A stretch of DNA of 64,000 bases from Candidatus Nanopelagicales bacterium (GCA_046330625.1 JAXLSJ010000008.1:18465-82464), one strand, 5' to 3'; counted from the stretch's first letter, positions 18,495 through 31,146 are shown. Notes: generated by a model not told the origin, from the letters alone. Numbers and translations: made by a program.

Positions 18495-19514
18495 ATGCCC
18501 GTCGCCACACCCGAGGTGTACGCTGAGATGCTGGATCGCGCGAAGGCCGGCCAGTTCGCCTACCCGGCCATCAACTGCACATCGTCGGCGACGATCATCG
18601 CGGCGCTGGAGGGGTTCTCCCAGGCCGGTAGCGACGGCATCATCCAGTTCTCGTGGGGTGGCGCGCAGTACGCGTCGGGCAGTGTCAAGGACATGGTCAC
18701 CGGCGCAGTCGCCCTGGCCGAGTTCACCTACGTGGTGGCCAAGAACTACTCCGTCAACGTCGCCCTGCACACCGACCACTGCCCCAAGCAGTACCTGAAC
18801 GAGTACATCCGTCCGCTGATCGACATCTCCCTGGAGCGGGTGGCCAACGGGCAGGAACCGCTGTTCCAGTCGCACATGTGGGACGGTTCGGCAGTGCCGC
18901 TCGCCGAGAACCTGGACATCGCCGAGGAGCTGCTCGACAAGACGAACCGGGCCCGCCAGATCCTCGAGATCGAGATCGGCGTCGTCGGCGGCGAAGAGGA
19001 CGGCATCGAGGCCAAACACGACGCCAAGCTGTTCTCGACCGAGCAGGACGGGCTGGACACCGCGGCCAAATTGGGCCTCGGCGAACGCGGCCGGTACATG
19101 GTGGCCGCGACCTTCGGCAATGTGCACGGCGTCTACAAGCCCGGCAATGTCGTGCTGACCCCGAGCATCCTCGACGACATCCAGAAGGCCGTCGGCGAGA
19201 AGTACGGCAAGGACAAGCCGTTCGATCTGGTGTTCCATGGCGGCTCCGGCTCGCTGCTCAGCGAGATCCGCGAAGCACTCGACTACGGCGTCGTGAAGAT
19301 GAACGTCGACACCGACACCCAGTACGCCTTCACCCGGCCCGTCGCCAACCACATGTTCACGCACTACAACGGTGTGCTGAAGATCGACGGCGAGGTCGGC
19401 AACAAGAAGGAGTACGACCCGCGCGCCTGGGGCCGCGAGGCCGAGGCCGGCATGGCGGCGCGCATCGTCGAGGCTTGCGAGGACCTCCGCAGCGCCGGCA
19501 CCAAGATGAACTGA
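18495..19514 (+). CDS. fbaA: Class II fructose-bisphosphate aldolase
   Basis: Track ORF. Motifs FAYPAINCTSS, LHTDHCPK and FHGGSGS. SD gaaggag lies upstream. Confidence 0.95.
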   Translation: MPVATPEVYAEMLDRAKAGQFAYPAINCTSSATIIAALEGFSQAGSDGIIQFSWGGAQYASGSVKDMVTGAVALAEFTYVVAKNYSVNVALHTDHCPKQYLNEYIRPLIDISLERVANGQEPLFQSHMWDGSAVPLAENLDIAEELLDKTNRARQILEIEIGVVGGEEDGIEAKHDAKLFSTEQDGLDTAAKLGLGERGRYMVAATFGNVHGVYKPGNVVLTPSILDDIQKAVGEKYGKDKPFDLVFHGGSGSLLSEIREALDYGVVKMNVDTDTQYAFTRPVANHMFTHYNGVLKIDGEVGNKKEYDPRAWGREAEAGMAARIVEACEDLRSAGTKMN

Positions 19515-19608
19515 CGCCACCCGGCCCCCGCCGAGGCCGTGCGCGGCTGCCGGTCACGGTTCGGCGATTCTCATCGGCTGACACGCCGCCAGGCCTCATG
19601 GTGGACCC

Positions 19609-22093
<2,485 letters not shown>

Positions 22094-22149
22094 GCCGGAT
22101 CGGCGGACGCCGTTACCGCCCCGACCCGGGCATCTGTAACCATCGACGT

Positions 22150-22572
22150 ATGGACATCGACGCCCGCAACGGAATGCAGATCCTGTCCGAGTCCGAATGC
22201 CACGGACTCCTCGCCGGGGAACAGGTGGGGCGGCTGGCCGTCGCACCCGGGGGGCGACCGGACATCTTCCCCGTCAACTACCTGTACAGCGGCGACGGGA
22301 TCCTGTTCCGGACGGCCGAGGGCTCGAAGTTGACCTCCGTGGTGGTCAACCAGGCGGTGGCGTTCGAGATCGACGGCTACGACCCCGACGCCAACGAGGC
22401 GTGGAGTGTGGTCGTGTCGGGGACCGCTCGGCTCGTGTCGCAGGACGACGAGTCGGCATTGCTGGAGGAACTCCCGCTCTTCCCCTGGAACACCGCCCCC
22501 AAGTACCACTTCGTCGAGGTCGTCCCCAGCCACGTGAGTGGCCGCCGGTTCCTGGCCGAGGGCCGCCGGTGA
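22150..22572 (+). CDS. Pyridoxamine 5'-phosphate oxidase family (FMN-binding split-barrel) protein
   Basis: Tail of track ORF 21721..22572, starting at ATG 22150 (MDIDARNGMQIL). It shows GRLAVAPGGRPDIFPVNY and a NimA-like pattern. Confidence 0.75.
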   Translation: MDIDARNGMQILSESECHGLLAGEQVGRLAVAPGGRPDIFPVNYLYSGDGILFRTAEGSKLTSVVVNQAVAFEIDGYDPDANEAWSVVVSGTARLVSQDDESALLEELPLFPWNTAPKYHFVEVVPSHVSGRRFLAEGRR

Positions 22573-23816
22573 AGGTGCTCGTCATCGGGTCGGGGGCCCG
22601 GGAACACGCGCTCGTGCGGGCGCTGGCCACGGACCCCTCCGCGGTGATCGCGTGCGCGCCGGGCAATGCCGGGATCACCGAGGACTGCCAGACACTGCCG
22701 GTCGACGTGGGCGACCCCGCCGCGGTCGCCGGTCTGGCCGAACGGTTCGGCGCGGACCTGGTCGTCATCGGTCCCGAACTGCCGCTGGTCAACGGTGCCG
22801 CCGACGCGGTGCGGGCGGCCGGGATCCCCTGCTTCGGACCCTCGGCGGCTGCCGCGCAGCTCGAGGGCAGCAAGGCCTTCGCCAAGGACGTGATGGCGGC
22901 CGCGGGAGTCCCCACCGCCGCCAGCGCGACGTGCGCGACCGAGACCGAGGCCGCGGCGGCGCTCGACCGCTTCGGTCCCACCTACGTCGTCAAGGACGAC
23001 GGCCTGGCCGCGGGCAAGGGTGTCGTGGTGACGGACGACCGCGACGAAGCCCTGGCCCACGCGCGGCAGTGCCTGCGTGGCGGCCGGGTGGTGATCGAGG
23101 AATTCCTCGACGGCCCCGAGGTCTCGCTGTTCGTGATCACCGACGGCACCACTGCAGTGCCACTGCTTCCGGCGCAGGACCACAAGCGCGTGGGCGACGG
23201 GGACACCGGTCCCAACACCGGCGGTATGGGTGCCTACACCCCGCTGGCCTGGGCGCCGACGGGGCTTGTGGAGCAGATCATGGCCGAGGTGGCCCGGCCG
23301 ACCATCGCCGAGATGGCGCGCCGCGGCACCCCCTACTCCGGTGTGCTCTACTGCGGCCTCGCATTGACCAGCCGGGGTCTGCGGGTGGTCGAGTTCAATG
23401 CGAGGTTCGGGGACCCGGAGATCCAGGCGGTGCTGCGGTTGCTCGAGTCACCGCTGACCGAGGTCCTGGACGCGGCGGCCCACGGCAGGCTGGCGGAGGC
23501 GCCGCCGCTGAGGTGGCGACCCGGGACGGCGGTGTGTGTGGTCGTGGCGGCCCAGGGGTACCCGGGTGACGTCATCACCGGGGATCCGGTCGCCGGGATC
23601 GACCGGGCCGAGCAGGTCGACGACGTCTCGATCGTCCATGCGGGCACGGCGCTCCGCGACGACGTCGTGGTGACCGCGGGCGGTCGGGTGCTGTCGGTGA
23701 CCGCGGTCGGCGCGGACCTGGACCAGGCCCTCGCACGCGCCTACGAGGCGGTCGGGCACATCGACATCCGCGGCAGTCACCACCGCACCGACATCGGCGC
23801 CCGCGCCGGGTCGTGA
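22569..23816 (+). CDS. purD: Phosphoribosylamine--glycine ligase
   Basis: Tail of track ORF 22197..23816. GTG 22569 (VKVLVIGSGAREHAL) overlaps the upstream stop (GTGA). ATP-grasp body. Confidence 0.95.
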   Translation: MKVLVIGSGAREHALVRALATDPSAVIACAPGNAGITEDCQTLPVDVGDPAAVAGLAERFGADLVVIGPELPLVNGAADAVRAAGIPCFGPSAAAAQLEGSKAFAKDVMAAAGVPTAASATCATETEAAAALDRFGPTYVVKDDGLAAGKGVVVTDDRDEALAHARQCLRGGRVVIEEFLDGPEVSLFVITDGTTAVPLLPAQDHKRVGDGDTGPNTGGMGAYTPLAWAPTGLVEQIMAEVARPTIAEMARRGTPYSGVLYCGLALTSRGLRVVEFNARFGDPEIQAVLRLLESPLTEVLDAAAHGRLAEAPPLRWRPGTAVCVVVAAQGYPGDVITGDPVAGIDRAEQVDDVSIVHAGTALRDDVVVTAGGRVLSVTAVGADLDQALARAYEAVGHIDIRGSHHRTDIGARAGS

Positions 23817-23887
23817 GCGACGGCTGATCGCCCGAGCAACCAGAATCCTCTCCCCACTCGGGTGGCAGCCGGGTTGCCGAGCGGGAG

Positions 23888-24768
23888 ATGCCGTCGTTGT
23901 GGTGCAGTGGGGAGAGGATTGTGGTTGTTCTTCCCAGACGAACCGGTCTGATCGTGCGCTTGGCCCAGGGCCTCTATGCCCTGGAGGTCCCGCGGACAAC
24001 TGGCGATCTGCTGCGTTCCGCCCTGGTCTCGGCAGGTCCACACGTGGTGGCATCACACGGCACGGCCGCGTGGTTGTGGGCGCTGCTGCCTGAACCGCGG
24101 CCTGGAGAGGCCCAGCCCTGCATGTGAGCGTTCCGCACGGTTGCTGGTGTCCCGCCATCCCTGGAGTGAGTGTCCATCAGGCGACGTGGACCGAGCCCCG
24201 TATGAGGGGGGACTGGCCGGTCACCGGGCCGCGACGCACGTTGGTGGATCTATGTGGCAGCTCGACGCTGCGACAGTTTCGGTTCGTGGCGCTCGACGCA
24301 CTCCATCGCGGGCTCCTCACCGTCGGTGAGTTCCTGGACACCCAGGGGGTTCCGCAGCGACTCCTTCGCCGGTGGCGGACCGTCGGTGAGGAAGCAGAAG
24401 CGGGCGCTGCGTCGGGTGGGGAGGCCGAGTACTGGCGGATCCTGCAGAGTTCGAGCCTCCCCATGCCCGAGTTGAACGTGGCCGTGCTGCAAGGCCGCTT
24501 CGTCGTCGATGCCCTGTGGGAGTCGCCCCGGCTGGTTGCCGAGATCGACGGCCGCGAGCATCACACCAAGGAGTGGCAGTGGGAAGCCGACTTGCACCGG
24601 CAGAACGAACTGCACGCAGCCGGGTTCGTACTCATCCGGTTCCCGGTGTCGCGGGTGCTCGGTGACCCGGGAGGGGTGGCCGCCGAGACCGCGGCCCTGC
24701 TCCGTCGGAGGGAGACGGAACTGGGGGTGCCCCGCACCGATCGGCCCTACCGCCACCGGATGGGATGA
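23888..24768 (+). pseudogene. DUF559 / endonuclease-domain protein, frame broken near 24095-24120 as assembled
   Basis: The N-terminal part is in ORF 23888..24127 (...VASHGTAAWLWALLPEP). The rest is in ORF 24124..24768, whose frame is open from 24094 (...ALHVSVPHG...VAEIDGREHH...IRFPVSRV). The -1 shift is consistent with a 1-nt deletion. Confidence 0.7.
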
Positions 24769-24775
24769 TGGCCCG

Positions 24776-26192
24776 GTGACAGAGATCGGCAATGTCCTGG
24801 CGGGTCGATACGCCTCGGACGAGATGATCCGGCTGTGGTCGCCGGAGTACAAGATCGGCCAGGAGCGGCGCTTGTGGCTGGCCGTGCTGCAGGCGCAGGA
24901 CGACCTCGGCATCGACGTGCCGGCCGATGCGGTGGCCGACTACGAGTCCCACCTCGACGAGGTGGACGTGCGCTCGATCGCCGAGCGGGAGCGGGTCACC
25001 AAACACGACGTCAAGGCGCGGATCGAGGAGTTCAACGCCCTCGCCGGGCACGAGCAGATCCACAAAGGCATGACGAGCCGGGACCTGACCGAGAACGTCG
25101 AGCAGCTGCAGGTCCGGGACGCGATGGTGCTGGTGCGCGACAAGGCGGTTGCGGCGTTGGCTCAGTTGGCCGATCTCGCGGTGCTCCATCGGGACCTCGC
25201 GATGGCGGGACGTTCACACAACGTGGCCGCGCAGATGACGACCCTCGGGAAACGTTTCGCATCCGCCGCCGATGAACTGTCCCTGGCGGTGGAACGCATG
25301 GACGATGTGATCGCCCGATATCCGCTGCGGGGGATCAAGGGCCCGATGGGCACCGCCCAGGACATGCTCGATCTTCTGGACGCCGACCCCGACAAGTTGG
25401 CGGAGCTCGAGCACCGTGTCGCCGCGCACCTCGGGTTCTCTCGGGTCCTGGATTCGGTCGGGCAGGTGTATCCCCGCAGTCTCGACGCCGAGGTCGTGGG
25501 GGCTGTCCTGCACCTCGCGGCGGGACCGTCGTCGCTGGCGACCACGATCCGGCTCATGGCGGGTCACGAACTGGCCACCGAGGGTTTCCAGCCGCGTCAG
25601 GTCGGATCCTCGGCCATGCCGCACAAGATGAACGCCCGCTCCTGCGAGCGGATCAACGGGTTCATGGTGCTGCTGCGCGGCTACGCCACCATGGCCGACG
25701 ACCTGGCCGGCGCCCAGTGGAACGAGGGCGACGTGTCGTGCTCGGTCGTGCGTCGCGTCATGCTGCCGGACACGTTCTTCACGATCGACGGGTTGTTCGA
25801 GACGCTCTTCGTGGTGCTCCGGGATTTCGGGGCATTCCCTGCCGTGATCCGCGAGGAGCGCGACCGATTCCTGCCGTTCCTGGCCACCACCCGGGTGCTC
25901 ATGGCGGCCGTGCGCAACGGGTGGGGCGCGAGACGGCGCACGAGGCGATCAAGGAGAACGCCGTCGCGGTGGCGCTGCAGATGCGCGAGGGCGAGGGGAA
26001 CGACCTGCTCGACCGACTGGCCGCCGACCCCCGGCTGGGCCTCACCCGCGAGCAACTCAGCGCCGCCCTGGCCGACCCGCTGGTGTTCACGGGCGCCGGT
26101 GGCGCGCAGGTCGATGCCGTCGTGGAGCGGGTGCGTCGGATCGTCGAGCGCCATCCGGGAGCGGCGAGCCACGCCCCCGGGAGATCCTGTGA
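24776..26192 (+). CDS. purB: Adenylosuccinate lyase; two 1-nt frame breaks as assembled (about 25917-25925 and 26174-26181)
   Basis: GTG 24776 (VTEIGNVLAGRYASDEMIRLWSPE) lies in the frame of ORF 24509... The signature is SSAMPHKMN. After ...LMAAVRNG the sequence continues in ORF 25717..26526 (GRETAHEAIKENAVAVAL...ERHPGAASHAPG). The expected ...EIL-stop is in the third frame (TGA 26190-26192). Confidence 0.9.
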
Positions 26193-26572
26193 ACCGCCCG
26201 CTCGAACTTGGACCGCCTGGTCCCCTGCGCCGACGGCTCAACGATCTCGTGCTGACCGGGCACAAGGTGGCCGGATTCGCCCTGCTCGAGGAGTACGCCG
26301 ACGAGGGCGAGGCCATCGAGCACGTCGGAGAGGAACTCGACCTCGTCGACGACGACGGGATCCGGCTGGGCACCGTCCGGATCACCGATGTGCGGCACCT
26401 TCCGTTCGGCGCCGTGGACTGGGGGCTCGTCGAGGCCGAGGGCGAAGGTTTCGCGACGGTGGCCGACTGGGCGCAGGGTCACCGCGACTACTGGGCGTCG
26501 CAGGGTCGCCAGGTGGACGCGGATGACCCCGTGGTGTGGACCCGCTTCGACCTGATCGACCCGCGCCCGCTG
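26189..26572 (+). CDS. ASCH domain protein; end undefined (no in-frame stop before purC)
   Basis: GTG 26189 overlaps the purB stop (GTGA). The sequence reads [36 protein letters not shown]...[40 protein letters not shown]...VVWTRFDLI. The same frame runs into the purC N-terminus. Confidence 0.6.
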
Positions 26573-27465
26573 GTGCCGCCCAGGCCGACGGCCGGCGACC
26601 TGGAACTTCCCGAGGGGTACGAGCACGTGCACTCCGGCAAGGTCCGGGACCTGTTCCGACTCCGGGCGGCGACCTCCTGGTGGTCGCCGCGGACCGGATC
26701 AGCGCCTACGACTGGGTGCTGCCGACCCCGATCCCCGACAAGGGTCGGATCCTCACCCGGATGAGCCGCTGGTGGTTCGAGCAGCTCTCCGACCTGGTCC
26801 CGAACCATCTGCTCGACCTCGAGCCGCCGGGATTGGTGGGCGACCGCGGAGTCGTGTGCCGGTCGCTGGAGATGCTGCCGGTCGAATGTGTCGTGCGCGG
26901 GTATCTGACGGGTTCGGGGCTGTCGGACTATCGCCGGACGGGTGGGGTCTGCGGGATCACCCTGCCCGAGGGGCTGTCCGACGGGTCGCGCCTGCCGAAG
27001 CCGATCTTCACGCCGGCCACCAAGGCGGCCATCGGCGATCATGACGAGAACGTCAACCTCGACCAGGTGGCGGCAACTGTGGGGCCGGCGACCGCCGGGG
27101 AGTTGCGCGACACCTCGACCGCGATCTACGAGCGCGCCGAGGCCGTCGCCCGCGAGCGGGGCATCATCCTGGCCGACACCAAGTTCGAGTTCGGGCGGGT
27201 CCCCGGCGACGACACGATCATCCTGGCCGACGAGGTCCTCACCCCCGACTCGTCGCGCTACTGGCCCGCCGATCGGTGGCAGCCCGGGCGCCCCCAGCCG
27301 TCGTTCGACAAGCAGTACGTGCGGGACTGGCTGACCTCGCCCGAGTCGGGCTGGGACCGGGAGTCCGGCGAGCCGCCGCCCCCGCTTCCCGACGAGGTGG
27401 TGGCGCGGACCCGGGCCAAGTACGTCGAGGCCTACGAACGCATCACCGGGCAGTACTTCGCCTGA
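26573..27465 (+). CDS. purC: Phosphoribosylaminoimidazole-succinocarboxamide (SAICAR) synthase; one 1-nt frame break as assembled (about 26660-26666)
   Basis: The N-terminus [30 protein letters not shown] is in the frame of ORF 24509... The body [27 protein letters not shown]... is in ORF 26536..27465. The GTG 26573 start is a best guess. Confidence 0.88.
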
Positions 27466-27489
27466 GCTCCGGCACCTTCGCCCGCGCGG

Positions 27490-28737
27490 TCAGGGCGCCC
27501 ACCAGTTCCCCGAGACCACCAGCAGCACCTGCAGCCGGATCGTGTCGCCGTAGTAGTCGGTCTTGGAGCCGTAGTTGCCGCCGGTGATCGAGGTCCACAG
27601 GTTGTTGAGCCAGGTCTGGCCGGATGAGCCGCCGAGCATCGCGTTGACGGCCATCGGCGCGGTGAAGGCGAGGTCGTCGTAGCTGACGTAGGCCTTGCCG
27701 TTGGTCCCGTTCTTCACGTAGTAGCCGGCGCGCACCTTGGTCGGCGTGCCGCCGGTCGCACCGCGGATCCAGGTGTTGGTCTTCAGTTGGCTCGCGAGCA
27801 GGTCGGTGCGGCCGTTGGCGATGTAGGACATCGCGAGCCGCCACGGGGTCCGGCAGGCGTTGTAGTCGAAGTCGCCGTCGTGGTTGCTCTCCAGGTAGGT
27901 GCCGCTCACCGGCACGAACGACCCCCCCGACAGGACCATGAAGTCGGGCACGAGTCCGGTGGTGCTGCTGCCCGCTGCGGCCTGGGCGTTCACGATGCCG
28001 GCGATCTTGCTCGACACGTTGTTCCACTTGGTGGCGTTGGCCGGGTCCAGCTTGGCGAAGGCGACCAGGTGGTCGGTCATGAAGTCCGACGGCCGGGTGT
28101 GGTTGTTGTCCGCAGCACTGCCGTGCGCCCAGTCGCCGGGGTTGAGGGTCCAGGTCGTCTGGTTGACGTCGTAGGTGAGGATGTTGCGGAGCATGGCCAG
28201 CGCCGCGGTCCGGTAGTTGACGGGGCCCGCCGATCCCCACTGCGTGTCGGCGAGTTGGAGGGCGTAGGCGATGTCCAGGTCGCCGTCGGTCGCGGAGTCC
28301 GACCCCTCGACGTTCTTCATGACCCCGTTCTTCAGCGTCTGTTTCCACGCCATCAGGTTCGGCCCGACGCTGCTCAGATGCTTGCGGTAGTAGCCGTACA
28401 TCGAGTCGAAGGTCGCCTGATCGGCGAAGTAGGCAGCCAGCACCATGCCGTAGCCGTGGGCCTCGGAGACCGTGCTGGAGGTGCTGTCGTACTTCACCCA
28501 GGTTCCCTGACCGCCGTCACTGCGCAGGTAGGTGCTCTTCCAGGTCGTGTAGAGGCTCTGCACCTTGCTGTCCATGGCGGCCTGGGTGACGTTCGTCGGC
28601 TTGATGACGCCGGCGGTGTAGGTCGCGTGGGCGGGGAAGGGGTGCGTCGCGGTCGCAGCCAGCGCCGGGGACGCGGCGGGAACGCCGAGCAGGGCGACGG
28701 CTGCGGCCGTCGCGATGCTCCCGATGGTGCGTCTCAT
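27490..28737 (-). CDS. Secreted glycoside hydrolase family 8 (endoglucanase/chitosanase type)
   Basis: Track ORF 27490..28776. ATG 28737 (MRRTIGSIATAAAVALLG) opens a signal peptide. GH8 motifs VSEAHGYGMV and ATDGDLDIAYAL. Confidence 0.88.
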   Translation of the reverse strand: MRRTIGSIATAAAVALLGVPAASPALAATATHPFPAHATYTAGVIKPTNVTQAAMDSKVQSLYTTWKSTYLRSDGGQGTWVKYDSTSSTVSEAHGYGMVLAAYFADQATFDSMYGYYRKHLSSVGPNLMAWKQTLKNGVMKNVEGSDSATDGDLDIAYALQLADTQWGSAGPVNYRTAALAMLRNILTYDVNQTTWTLNPGDWAHGSAADNNHTRPSDFMTDHLVAFAKLDPANATKWNNVSSKIAGIVNAQAAAGSSTTGLVPDFMVLSGGSFVPVSGTYLESNHDGDFDYNACRTPWRLAMSYIANGRTDLLASQLKTNTWIRGATGGTPTKVRAGYYVKNGTNGKAYVSYDDLAFTAPMAVNAMLGGSSGQTWLNNLWTSITGGNYGSKTDYYGDTIRLQVLLVVSGNWWAP

Positions 28738-28835
28738 TCCCGGGTCTATCGGTCGCCGCGAGGGCCGTCTTGACATGCCGATGCCATGCTTCGTGGACTC
28801 CCACGCGGGCTTCCACTCACGACTAGGCTGCCCGC

Positions 28836-29948
28836 GTGACCGCGCTGATGATCGTCGCCGGCCTGGTGCTGCTCGTGGCGGGGGGCGAGGTCCTCGTCCG
28901 GGGAGCCGGCAATGTCGCCGCGGCGCTGGGCATGTCGCCGCTGGTCGTGGGCCTCACCGTCGTCTCGTTCGCGACGTCGGCCCCGGAGTTCGCCGTCACC
29001 ATGCAGTCCGTGATGGCAGGGTCGCCGGGGCTCGCGGTCGGAAACGTGGTCGGCAGCAACATCGCCAACATCCTGTTGGTGCTGGGGGTCGCGGCGATCA
29101 TCACCCCGCTCACGGTCAAGTCCCGCGTCGTGCGGTTCGACGTCCCCGTCATGATCGCGATGAGCCTGCTCGCCACGGTGCTCGCGATGAACGGCGTCAT
29201 CGCCCGGTGGCAGGGCGGTCTTCTGGTCCTGTGTCTGGTCGCCTATGTCGTCTGGACGGTGCGGATCAGCCGTCACGACCCCGAGGGCGAGAAGGAGAAA
29301 CTCGATCCCGCCTGGGTCAGCGACGAACTCCGCCCGGAACCCACGGCCGAGCGGTCCGGCCGCAATCTGTTCGCCAGTGTCGTGATGATCGTCGTCGGCG
29401 TGGCGTTGCTGGTGTTCGGCGCCACGCTGTTGGTGAAGGGAGCGACCGAGGTCGCCTCGGCGTTCGGGATCAGCGATCTGGTCATCGGACTGACGGTCGT
29501 CGCGGTCGGCACCTCGCTGCCGGAGCTGGCGACCAGCATCATCGCGGCGATCCGCGGGGAGCGCGACCTGGCGGTGGGCAACGCTGTCGGCTCGAACATC
29601 TTCAACCTGGGTGCGGTGCTGGGTATCGCTGCGGTCCTGACGCCGGGCGGCATCGTGATCCCCGGGGGCGCGCAGAACCTGGACTTCCTGCTCATGACCG
29701 GGGTTGCCCTGCTTCTGCTCCCGGTGGTCTACACCGGATACGCGGTGGGCCGGTGGGAGGGGATCCTGTTCGTGGTCTTCTACGCCGCGTACACGGTCTA
29801 CCTGTTGCTGTCGTCGAGCGAACACGACGCCCTGCAACCGTTCTCGACCGTGATGGTGGCGTTCGTCATCCCGCTGACCCTGCTGTTCCTGATCGTGCTG
29901 TCGGTGTCGGAGTACCGCCGACGGCACGCGCCCGTCCTGCCGGACTGA
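28836..29948 (+). CDS. Calcium/sodium antiporter (CaCA family, YrbG-like)
   Basis: Track ORF. Two alpha-repeat motifs, [16 protein letters not shown] and [12 protein letters not shown]. Confidence 0.9.
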   Translation: MTALMIVAGLVLLVAGGEVLVRGAGNVAAALGMSPLVVGLTVVSFATSAPEFAVTMQSVMAGSPGLAVGNVVGSNIANILLVLGVAAIITPLTVKSRVVRFDVPVMIAMSLLATVLAMNGVIARWQGGLLVLCLVAYVVWTVRISRHDPEGEKEKLDPAWVSDELRPEPTAERSGRNLFASVVMIVVGVALLVFGATLLVKGATEVASAFGISDLVIGLTVVAVGTSLPELATSIIAAIRGERDLAVGNAVGSNIFNLGAVLGIAAVLTPGGIVIPGGAQNLDFLLMTGVALLLLPVVYTGYAVGRWEGILFVVFYAAYTVYLLLSSSEHDALQPFSTVMVAFVIPLTLLFLIVLSVSEYRRRHAPVLPD

Positions 29949-29989
29949 CCCGCGTAGCATGGGGACCGTCCCCGAACCCAGGAGCGCCC

Positions 29990-30241
29990 GTGGCCCGCGT
30001 TGTCGTCGACGTCATGCTCAAGCCCGAGATCCTCGATCCCCAAGGCCGCGCAGTGCAGGGGGCGCTCACTCGCCTGGGCCTTGCCGGTGTCGACGACGTC
30101 CGTCAGGGCAAGCGGTTCGAGATCACGCTCGACGGCGCGCTCGACGACGACCGCCGCGACGTGCTCGACCGGCTCGCCGAGGAACTGCTGGCCAATCCGG
30201 TGATCGAGGACTACACCCTGCGGGTGGAGGCCGACGCATGA
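29990..30241 (+). CDS. purS: Phosphoribosylformylglycinamidine synthase subunit PurS
   Basis: Tail of track ORF 28715..30241. GTG 29990 follows caggag. Sequence [19 protein letters not shown], about 83 aa. Confidence 0.9.
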   Translation: MARVVVDVMLKPEILDPQGRAVQGALTRLGLAGVDDVRQGKRFEITLDGALDDDRRDVLDRLAEELLANPVIEDYTLRVEADA

Positions 30242-30912
30242 CCCGCGTCGGGGTCATCACGTTCCCCGGGTCGCTCGACGACTCCGACGTGCGCCGCGCG
30301 GTCCAGGTCGCCGGGGCCGAGCCGGTCGCGCTGTGGCACGGCGACTCGCAGATCGGCGAGGTGGACGCGGTCGTCGTGCCCGGTGGGTTCTCCTACGGCG
30401 ACTATCTGCGGTGCGGGGCCATCGCCCGGTTCGCGCCGATCATGACCGACGTCATCCACCACGCCGACGACGGCCTGCCGGTCCTCGGGATCTGCAACGG
30501 CTTCCAGATCCTGTGCGAGACCCATCTGCTGCCCGGGGTGCTGACCCGTAACGAGTCCCTGCACTACGTGTGCCGCGACCAGGCGCTCACGGTGTCCCGG
30601 ACCTCGACGGCGTGGACCAGCGGCTATGACGACGGCGAACGCATCGTGATCCCGGTCAAACACGGCGAAGGCCGGTACGTGGCCGACGACGAGACGCTCG
30701 ACATGCTCGAAGGCGAAGGTCTCGTGGTCGTCCGCTACGCCGAGGGCAATCCGAACGGGTCGTTCCGCGACATCGCGGGGATCTCCAACGAGCGCGGCAA
30801 CGTGGTCGGTCTCATGCCCCACCCGGAGCATGCGGTCGAACCCTTGACGGGGACCCCGGGGACCGACGGCCTGCGGTTCTTCACCTCGGTGCTCCAGTCG
30901 CTGGTCGGCTGA
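30238..30912 (+). CDS. purQ: Phosphoribosylformylglycinamidine synthase subunit PurQ (glutaminase)
   Basis: Tail of track ORF 29959..30912. ATG 30238 overlaps the purS stop (ATGA). Catalytic Cys in [10 protein letters not shown], and MPHPEHAV. Confidence 0.94.
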   Translation: MTRVGVITFPGSLDDSDVRRAVQVAGAEPVALWHGDSQIGEVDAVVVPGGFSYGDYLRCGAIARFAPIMTDVIHHADDGLPVLGICNGFQILCETHLLPGVLTRNESLHYVCRDQALTVSRTSTAWTSGYDDGERIVIPVKHGEGRYVADDETLDMLEGEGLVVVRYAEGNPNGSFRDIAGISNERGNVVGLMPHPEHAVEPLTGTPGTDGLRFFTSVLQSLVG

Positions 30913-30939
30913 CAACCGGGCTGAACGAAAGGTGGCGGC

Positions 30940-31146
30940 ATGACGACGATCGAGCAGTGGTGGCCGCAGGTGGATGCGGCGACGCGCCAGTGGTTGACCG
31001 ACAACAACGGCGACGATCTTCCGGTTGCCGTAGCCCAGCAGATCACGCAGGCGGGTGGGTCCGCGACGCCGGGGGTGCCGATCCCCGACGACGAGGCCGA
31101 CTGGATCGAGACGGTGGCGAACGACGAGACACCGCGGGTTGAGTAG
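30940..31146 (+). CDS. Small acidic Trp-rich hypothetical protein (68 aa)
   Basis: Track ORF. An SD-like aaagg lies 8 nt upstream and GC3 is high. The last codons and stop (PRVE-TAG) are contributed by a B repeat unit. No family recognised. Confidence 0.5.
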   Translation: MTTIEQWWPQVDAATRQWLTDNNGDDLPVAVAQQITQAGGSATPGVPIPDDEADWIETVANDETPRVE

